DNA of 26,731 bases, from positions 1 to 26,731 of the IMG/VR virus record IMGVR_UViG_3300020383_000023; one strand, 5' to 3'. Position 1 is the stretch's first letter. Every line of letters starts with the position of its first letter. Below the pieces are notes generated by a model. It was not told the DNA's origin. It saw only the letters and a program-made list of their open reading frames with translations, and did not search any database. Of the stretch, positions 17,858-24,139 are shown one piece after another. Source of the DNA: a virus. Taxonomy: Duplodnaviria > Caudoviricetes. The position numbers and the translations under genes were made by a program.

Positions 17858-18679
17858 TTATCCTATCATAAATGCTGGGTTTAATTCGTATGTAGTTCTT
17901 AATTCTGTTTCTAATTTATCTATATCAGTAGTTGCTTCTGAAAAAATTTGTTGACCGTTTAGAGTTACTCCACCCACCATTGCTACTCCATTAAATTTAG
18001 ATAAGTTAGCGCCCCATTGTTTTTTAAATAAAGCAGTTGTATATCTTTTTAAATAAATATCGTTAAAAATATCTCCATATTGTGTTGGATCTAATTTTCT
18101 ATAACACTCTATTACTAACCATTCATCTTTTTGTAAATCATTTTTCCAATCCATATCAATATATAATCTATTATCTAATTGACTAAATCTCATTGGTTTT
18201 TCACCTACAAGAATATGATCTAAAAAATCTAAATGTCTTAATACAACATCATAGTTAATTACACTTGTTGAAGAAAAATCATACAAATCATTTAATCTTA
18301 ATTGGTATCTAACATCAAATAAATTCATACTACCTTTATCTGAAAAAGGAAATATATTAACTACTGAAATGATACTATCTGGAACAACTAAAAAGTTTTT
18401 GTCTTCATACCATTTAGTAGTAACTGTGTCATCTTTTAAATCTGTTGCTGTTTCGTCTAAATTGTTTAATGCTGATAAACGAGTTTTATCTGCTTCAGTT
18501 AACTTATATTTTAAATATGTTCGTCTAATACCCTCATAATGATATTGACCAAAATATTGCAACGCTTCATCAATTCTATCTTCTAACTGGTCGTCATCTA
18601 CATTTATTTCAATGACTGGTTTGCCCAATGCTCTTAATGAATATTGCTTTAATGTTTCTCGTGTTGATGGTACTGCCAT
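17858..18679 (-). CDS. gp13: Neck protein gp13
   Basis: LRALGKPVIEINVDDDQLEDRIDEALQYF and KKQWGANLSKF..GGVTLNG motifs. Confidence 0.95.
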   Translation of the reverse strand: MAVPSTRETLKQYSLRALGKPVIEINVDDDQLEDRIDEALQYFGQYHYEGIRRTYLKYKLTEADKTRLSALNNLDETATDLKDDTVTTKWYEDKNFLVVPDSIISVVNIFPFSDKGSMNLFDVRYQLRLNDLYDFSSTSVINYDVVLRHLDFLDHILVGEKPMRFSQLDNRLYIDMDWKNDLQKDEWLVIECYRKLDPTQYGDIFNDIYLKRYTTALFKKQWGANLSKFNGVAMVGGVTLNGQQIFSEATTDIDKLETELRTTYELNPAFMIG

Positions 18680-18700
18680 TTAAATCCTCGTCTTTTATAC

Positions 18701-18708
18701 TATTTATA
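18701..18708 (-). promoter_or_regulatory. T4 late promoter for gp13
   Basis: TATAAATA on the minus strand immediately after the pcyX stop. Confidence 0.8.
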
Positions 18709-18712
18709 AGAT

Positions 18713-19393
18713 TTATTTAATGGTAGGAAAGAGATTATCAGCGCAAAATAACTTTATATCGTCCTCTGGTAATCCTAGTGATTTCATTGTTTTAGGAGTG
18801 TGTGGATTTTGTTGTTGATGTTCGCAATAGAAATTTTGTGCTCTTATTACATCTTCTTTATTTGAATCACTATTGTAATCACTTATTTTATCAATATATG
18901 CGTTTAAATTTGCTACTGCTAATGTACATACTTGATTTAATTCTCTCTCTTCCGTTATATTCCCAGCGGCAATCATACCTTTACTAAAGATTGCTTTTGC
19001 CCAATCTGGTAATTCTCTAACTTTAGATGGTTTATACCATTTATTTTCTTCTATAAAATATGTTGTTAATGGATGTTCTTTTAATAATAGTGGACTAAAA
19101 TCGTGGAAACAACCTGTAATCTTATCCTTACCAGCGATAATATCAAAACCGTAAATAGGTCCGCCATTTTCTAACATAGGGAACAAACATATATGTGCCA
19201 TCCAAAGACCTTTTGTTTCTCTGGCATCCACAACATCAATGTGTGCTCGTCTAATACTCATATTAGACCAAGTACGGTTTATCCAACCAGGTTGATTAAA
19301 TCTATCCATACCTGGTTCATTATATTCAGTTAAATGTTTATCAAAAACTTCTATAATTTCTTTTTCTAATTTAATTAATCTTTCCCAAATCAT
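18713..19393 (-). CDS. pcyX: Ferredoxin-dependent bilin reductase, PcyX type (biliverdin to phycoerythrobilin)
   Basis: MIWERLIK, RRAHIDVVD, WMAHICLFP, GPIYGFDIIAG, FHDFSP, RELPDWAKAIFS and QQNPHT motifs match my recollection of phage PcyX; directly downstream of a heme oxygenase. Confidence 0.88.
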   Translation of the reverse strand: MIWERLIKLEKEIIEVFDKHLTEYNEPGMDRFNQPGWINRTWSNMSIRRAHIDVVDARETKGLWMAHICLFPMLENGGPIYGFDIIAGKDKITGCFHDFSPLLLKEHPLTTYFIEENKWYKPSKVRELPDWAKAIFSKGMIAAGNITEERELNQVCTLAVANLNAYIDKISDYNSDSNKEDVIRAQNFYCEHQQQNPHTPKTMKSLGLPEDDIKLFCADNLFPTIK

Positions 19394-19999
19394 TTATGCA
19401 CCATCTTTATTCCAATAACATCCCTTTGGGTTGTAATACATATCTTCAATCTCTTTCATCTCTTGGAATAATTTTGTAGCAGACGCAAAACAAATCTTTG
19501 CTTCTGATACTACATTTATTTGATATGTATTTAAATATTCTTGTATAATTTCTTTTACAATTCTTTTATACTCTGGTCCTTTACCTTCAAAATCATAGTA
19601 TCTTTTGACTGGTACTTTTTTAGAAATCATTTGACCACCAGATAAATCACCACAATATCTAACATAGATATGTGCATATAGTTTTTCTGGATCTTCTGAT
19701 ATAGTTTCAATATGTTTAACATATTCTTTTGTACTATCAGTTATGACAGGTCTTTCTTCTTTAGACCATATCTTTTTGAAATCTCTATCTATTTTTTCTG
19801 CTCTTTGTAAATTAGGTGTTTGCCTAAAAAGGTCGTTGTGCATACTATACTTTTCCAGTACAGCATAACATTGTAATTGATTATAGAGATAGGTAGCGTA
19901 CAATTCAGGATGAATCGTACCGCTCATTAGAGTTTTTACAAACTCTTGTCGTTCAGCGTTTTGATGAATTTCTTTAGTTAGTTCTTTAATATCGTACAT
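19394..19999 (-). CDS. hemO: Heme oxygenase
   Basis: Proximal His in TKEIHQNAE; distal helix AHIYVRYCGDLSGGQMI; C-terminal EAKICF..ATKLF. Confidence 0.93.
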   Translation of the reverse strand: MYDIKELTKEIHQNAERQEFVKTLMSGTIHPELYATYLYNQLQCYAVLEKYSMHNDLFRQTPNLQRAEKIDRDFKKIWSKEERPVITDSTKEYVKHIETISEDPEKLYAHIYVRYCGDLSGGQMISKKVPVKRYYDFEGKGPEYKRIVKEIIQEYLNTYQINVVSEAKICFASATKLFQEMKEIEDMYYNPKGCYWNKDGA

Positions 20000-20006
20000 A
20001 ATATAA

Positions 20007-20014
20007 TACTTATC
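20007..20014 (-). promoter_or_regulatory. Candidate promoter for hemO-pcyX (late-like GATAAGTA overlapping an extended -10 TGnTATGAT)
   Basis: GATAAGTA has two mismatches to TATAAATA; each variant base occurs in another candidate late promoter here (9918, 24129). It ends 7 nt before the ATG. Confidence 0.4.
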
Positions 20015-20049
20015 ATAACAAAAACAGCGATGTTAATTGTAGTTAAAGA

Positions 20050-20334
20050 TTATGCTGATCTACTAGCGATTAAATCTTCTTCTTTTTTCTTATCATCAGC
20101 AGCCTGAGCAACAGCAGCGTCTTCTTTATCTTTTTGAGCGCCTGCCTCATCTTTACCTTCAGCGTAAGTTACAACTGCTTTAGTAGAAGGATCGTAAGTC
20201 AATCTCCATTGTTCAATTCCGTCAGGAGCGTCAGTTACTTTAACTGCTCTTCCTTGTGAAACTGCTTCATCACCAGTTACAGCGTTTGCTGAAAAAACTC
20301 TATTTGTTTCTGTATTAAAATACAATGTTGCCAT
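20050..20334 (-). CDS. Hypothetical protein, 94 aa
   Basis: GAGGA SD; beta-rich N-terminus and Ala/Lys/Asp-rich helical C-terminus; may be a partner or chaperone of the upstream gene (inference). Confidence 0.65.
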   Translation of the reverse strand: MATLYFNTETNRVFSANAVTGDEAVSQGRAVKVTDAPDGIEQWRLTYDPSTKAVVTYAEGKDEAGAQKDKEDAAVAQAADDKKKEEDLIASRSA

Positions 20335-20354
20335 TTTTTAATTCCTCTATTTCT

Positions 20355-21857
20355 TTAATCAGTTGTGTTGTATCCGTTACCACCGTAATTACCATCAGTA
20401 TTACCGTAGTTGCCCCACCAGTCTATTTGCATCATCAGCGGATAACAAGTTGAATGATATCCACCGTGTAAGAAAGTTCTGTTAGCACCTAATCCAACAT
20501 TACCTGTTTTATTAGTTATTGCTTCATCACCTAGGTGAGAGTCATCATCTGTAATGATTCCATTACCTGAAGTTGCACCTCTATAAACTTTTGTAGTAGT
20601 AGTATGGTCTGAATCCGTAGGATCAAAAGACCAAGAGTATGTTCTCCAAGTATCTCCGTCGGTGTTGTCTGACCAACCTCCGTGGAAACCTGTTCTTCCC
20701 CAAGCGAACCAAGGGTTACTTCTACTTGATTTTGTTTCGTTAACACTTATAAATTTTCTAGGATTTTCAATACTCATACAGAATGCATTTAATCCAGGAC
20801 CATAGTAGTAATATGGAGCATAAATCATTCCCCAAGTACCGTCCCAAGTGTGATTAAATTTAGTGTAATATTGAGCACCTTGGTTTGCACCATAAGATGT
20901 TGTAGTTGATCCAGAAAAATCTTGCCAACTATCAAATATTCTAGCAGCGTCAGTTGTACCAAGACCTAATCCTGTGTTACAATTGAAAGCAGCATATCTC
21001 ATTGAGTTACCGTTTTTGTGTCCAAATCCAACCCAACCGTTATTACCAACAACAACAGTCATATCTTTATTACAGTCTGTTGTCCAAGTACCTGTAAAGT
21101 ATTCAGTAGCAGTTAAGTTATCAAAGTAATCTTTAATTCTATTACATTGATTTAAATCCTTTGATGATTTGAAAACGTGAATTGTTTTTGCAGTATTTGA
21201 ACCTTCGTCAGCAGAGTGAACCATAACTAACATTTTATTTTTTTCGTTATAACCAGTACCACTTGCGTAAGTGTTAGTAGTATCTAACAGATGTGAAGTA
21301 TAAAGGTAGTGATCTATATTAGCACAAGAGCTATTACCTACATTTTGTTCTCTTAAACTTCTTCGTCTATTACAGAACATTCTTCGTGGTCTACATCCTT
21401 CTGGAAGAACCATATTAATTTTTGTCCAACCAACTTGAAATTCAAACATTGATGAAGCGTGGTGGTAAGAATGAAATGAACTATAACCATCTCTGGAACT
21501 AGTGTAGTATTGTGCGTGAGGGTATTGATCGCATTGATACAAACTTTTTAACCAATTTGTCCAAGAGTCATATTGTTGTGAAGTTAAATCTGCGTGTGAT
21601 ACATCCGTACCATGATCTGATTGTGAATAAGCGTGGGTAGCGTCTCCTAACATACCGAAACGGTAGTTAGTAGTTGAGTTACATACTGCACCCCAAGGTG
21701 ATCCCACCATTTTATATCCAGAGTCAAAGACTCTGTAAGTAACATTTGAGTTTCCACCACCGTCATCTCCCCATAATCCAAAAAGTGGTAGACCTTCTTT
21801 TCTGTGGTCTATAGCGCCAGCTGAACCGCCGCCAAGTAAATTTGATAAAGTTGCCAT
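20355..21857 (-). CDS. Hypothetical 500-aa protein, probably virion-associated
   Basis: Late promoters and GAGGG SD upstream; MATLSNLLGGG N-terminus; rich in G/S/T/N and aromatic residues, with 10 Cys. Confidence 0.65.
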   Translation of the reverse strand: MATLSNLLGGGSAGAIDHRKEGLPLFGLWGDDGGGNSNVTYRVFDSGYKMVGSPWGAVCNSTTNYRFGMLGDATHAYSQSDHGTDVSHADLTSQQYDSWTNWLKSLYQCDQYPHAQYYTSSRDGYSSFHSYHHASSMFEFQVGWTKINMVLPEGCRPRRMFCNRRRSLREQNVGNSSCANIDHYLYTSHLLDTTNTYASGTGYNEKNKMLVMVHSADEGSNTAKTIHVFKSSKDLNQCNRIKDYFDNLTATEYFTGTWTTDCNKDMTVVVGNNGWVGFGHKNGNSMRYAAFNCNTGLGLGTTDAARIFDSWQDFSGSTTTSYGANQGAQYYTKFNHTWDGTWGMIYAPYYYYGPGLNAFCMSIENPRKFISVNETKSSRSNPWFAWGRTGFHGGWSDNTDGDTWRTYSWSFDPTDSDHTTTTKVYRGATSGNGIITDDDSHLGDEAITNKTGNVGLGANRTFLHGGYHSTCYPLMMQIDWWGNYGNTDGNYGGNGYNTTD

Positions 21858-21887
21858 TGTTCTATTTTCCCTCTAAATTTCTATAAC

Positions 21888-21932
21888 TATTTATATTTAT
21901 AATACTTCTTATATTATATTTATAATACTTCT
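21888..21932 (-). promoter_or_regulatory. Triple late promoter inside a 19-bp direct repeat
   Basis: TATAAATA at 21888-21895, 21894-21901 and 21917-21924; ttatatttataatacttct repeated at 21891-21909 and 21914-21932. Confidence 0.75.
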
Positions 21933-21943
21933 CATAATAAAAA

Positions 21944-22573
21944 TTATGTTAGTACCCAACCGATATAAGATGAAGTTACATCTGGCGTTGTTTTATATGT
22001 TAGTCTTAATGTTGCGTAATCAGAATCACAGATTAAATCTGTAGCGGATCCTGCGATATTTTCACCATTTCTATTTACTGTTAAATTTGCAGTATTCCAC
22101 GATCCATAACCATCACAAAATATTACATAATCGTTGTCTTGTGGACTAGTAGGCATAGTCATTGTGAAAGCAGCAGTTTCTCCTGTGTTACAAATATAAG
22201 CACCACCTGAAACAGCAGTAAAATCTGCATTTTTATAATCCCAATTGATACCTGTTGCACTTGCCCATTGTGGGTCAACGCCTGCACCTTTTGTTTGTAA
22301 TACATTACCACTTGAACCTGCAGGTAATCTTTCAACAGCACTTGTGCCTCTAAAAAGGATATCACCTTGTGTTGTTAATTGAGTTACGTCATCACCTTTT
22401 TTAGCAAGTTTTGACCAGTAAGTTGCGTTTGAAGTAGCGTTTCCAGTTGAAGCTAATATATTGATATAAGTTTCACCACCAAAGGTTACAATGTCATCCA
22501 CAACATAAGCAGTTGCGCCGTTGTAAGCACCTTGGAATACTGGTTTAATTCTTCCTAAATTGATTGTCGCCAT
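21944..22573 (-). CDS. Tail-fibre-like structural protein
   Basis: N-terminal GAYNGATAYVVDDIV..GETY..YW carbohydrate-binding-like module, LTTQGDIL..RLPAG..G.VL fibre motif, and a C-terminal module resembling T4 gp34 proximal-fibre repeats. Confidence 0.7.
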   Translation of the reverse strand: MATINLGRIKPVFQGAYNGATAYVVDDIVTFGGETYINILASTGNATSNATYWSKLAKKGDDVTQLTTQGDILFRGTSAVERLPAGSSGNVLQTKGAGVDPQWASATGINWDYKNADFTAVSGGAYICNTGETAAFTMTMPTSPQDNDYVIFCDGYGSWNTANLTVNRNGENIAGSATDLICDSDYATLRLTYKTTPDVTSSYIGWVLT

Positions 22574-22600
22574 AATTTCTAATTCCCTTATTTCTATCTA

Positions 22601-22608
22601 TATTTATA
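22601..22608 (-). promoter_or_regulatory. T4 late promoter
   Basis: TATAAATA upstream of the 22573 start. Confidence 0.75.
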
Positions 22609-22638
22609 ATCGTTTATATCTCAATATTATAAAAAATT

Positions 22639-24123
22639 TTAATTTAATTCTACTTTTAAATCCCCATTATCTACTGTAAAATCTAGGCCAGCACGCATAA
22701 AGAAACTTTGAGAAAAGATATCTTCTTGTTCTTTAGTTTCAAATCTAGTTTCTATGTTGTCTGCACCATCTGTTTTTGTTATTTGTAATTCACCTTTCCA
22801 CTCTGGAGTGTAGATTATTCCTCCTGTGTCAGTAAAATTACTTTCATAGTAATATAGTGTATCTATTGCACTTCCTGGTTCTTTACTTAAAACTTCTCTA
22901 GGAACTATTATAGTTACAGTTGCACCAGGATTACCTGGACTGCCGTTTGTTGATACATTTGTTGTATATTCAACCCCACCTTCTTTAGTTCCACCCTTTG
23001 TAGTAGAAAATTTAAGGTCTGAATCTGTTAAATTTGAATCTGATACATCAAAAATATATGTATTTCCTTCATACATTTTAATATCATTTCTTGCTCTAAC
23101 TTCTTCTGCTTTGATTGGTAATTCATCATCACCACCGTCAATAACTAAAGTACCACCAGTACCTACAACATAAAGTTTTGTTCCAGTATCATTGAATGCC
23201 ATACCTCTAGGAACTATACTATTTGTTCTTAAAGATGTTGTGCTTGTAAGTGCCTGTGTTGTTGAAATATCAAAACCAGTTACCAAAGGATATTGCATTA
23301 CATCATTTCCTTGCTGACCTAATATATATAATTTATCTCCATCATTATCAAATACTAATGCTCTTGGAGAAGTTTCTTCTGTAGCAACTGAAAATGCGTC
23401 AACAAAAGCTGCCGTACTAATATCCCATACAGTACCTAGTAAGTATTCATTAATATCATTGCCATCATCACCTACTACGAAGCATAAGCCTCCAGGATCA
23501 ACAGCACCTCTAGCAACATTGTTAAAATAAAAATCTTGTGGGTCTGTGTCTTCTGTACGAACTGAAAATCTGTCTGTATAAGTTGCTGTTGCAATATCGT
23601 AATTTGTACTTAAAGCATATTCATTAATATTACCACCAGTTGTACTTGCGTTTTCTGGTCCACCAAGACCTAACATAAACATTTTAGATCCATCATTATT
23701 AAATTGAACTGATTTTGGTTGTATGTCTTCGCTTTTGACATCTAATTCTTTTGTGAAAGTTAAAGTTGATACATCAAAACCTGTTGATAATGCGTATTGT
23801 ACAATTCTTTTATTAAACATATCAACACAAATCATTATTGTTCCATCAGTATTAAAAGTGAGTCCGTGCATATCGGATGTTCCACTTTGATTTGTATTTT
23901 CTGATCCTCGTCTAACTAAAGATGTTGTAGTTGTTAAACTTGCCGTGGACATATCATATCCTGGACTTAAATTATATTCGTAAACACTATCGTTTTTATT
24001 TTTACCAACTATATCTTTAGTTACAACTTTATTAATTGTTGCAGGCGCCACATTAGCAATATGGAATCCATAAAATTCGTCTTTTTCTTTTCCTGTTACT
24101 GTGAATTGTGTTAATGTACTCAT
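22639..24123 (-). CDS. Beta-propeller repeat structural protein
   Basis: About five repeats of FNxDGxKxxxxG...IxEYxLxTxxDIST, followed by a beta-sandwich domain (YIFDVSDSN...FSTT.GGT..GGVEYTT.V...G.PG...TLYYY). Confidence 0.7.
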   Translation of the reverse strand: MSTLTQFTVTGKEKDEFYGFHIANVAPATINKVVTKDIVGKNKNDSVYEYNLSPGYDMSTASLTTTTSLVRRGSENTNQSGTSDMHGLTFNTDGTIMICVDMFNKRIVQYALSTGFDVSTLTFTKELDVKSEDIQPKSVQFNNDGSKMFMLGLGGPENASTTGGNINEYALSTNYDIATATYTDRFSVRTEDTDPQDFYFNNVARGAVDPGGLCFVVGDDGNDINEYLLGTVWDISTAAFVDAFSVATEETSPRALVFDNDGDKLYILGQQGNDVMQYPLVTGFDISTTQALTSTTSLRTNSIVPRGMAFNDTGTKLYVVGTGGTLVIDGGDDELPIKAEEVRARNDIKMYEGNTYIFDVSDSNLTDSDLKFSTTKGGTKEGGVEYTTNVSTNGSPGNPGATVTIIVPREVLSKEPGSAIDTLYYYESNFTDTGGIIYTPEWKGELQITKTDGADNIETRFETKEQEDIFSQSFFMRAGLDFTVDNGDLKVELN

Positions 24124-24128
24124 ATCTT

Positions 24129-24136
24129 TATTTATC
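24129..24136 (-). promoter_or_regulatory. Variant late promoter (GATAAATA)
   Basis: One mismatch from consensus; 5 nt before the ATG at 24123, the same geometry as at gp3. Confidence 0.6.
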
Positions 24137-24139
24137 CTG

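Noticed and set aside
18713-19999. Cyanophage ho1-pcyA or ho1-pebS interpretation
   Set aside because: The reductase matches PcyX-type motifs better, and no photosynthesis genes (petE, ptoX, hli, psbA) are present in this window. Phylogeny is still needed to confirm.
20019-20034. Possible terminator upstream of hemO (AACA-TCGC-TGTT-TTT on the minus strand)
   Set aside because: A 4-bp AT-rich stem is too weak to call.
1331-22365. Nested alternative-frame minus-strand ORFs (1331, 3877, 5921, 20531, 22159)
   Set aside because: Fully inside larger genes; their composition (e.g. the Lys-rich 5921 ORF) is explained by the codon bias of the main frame.
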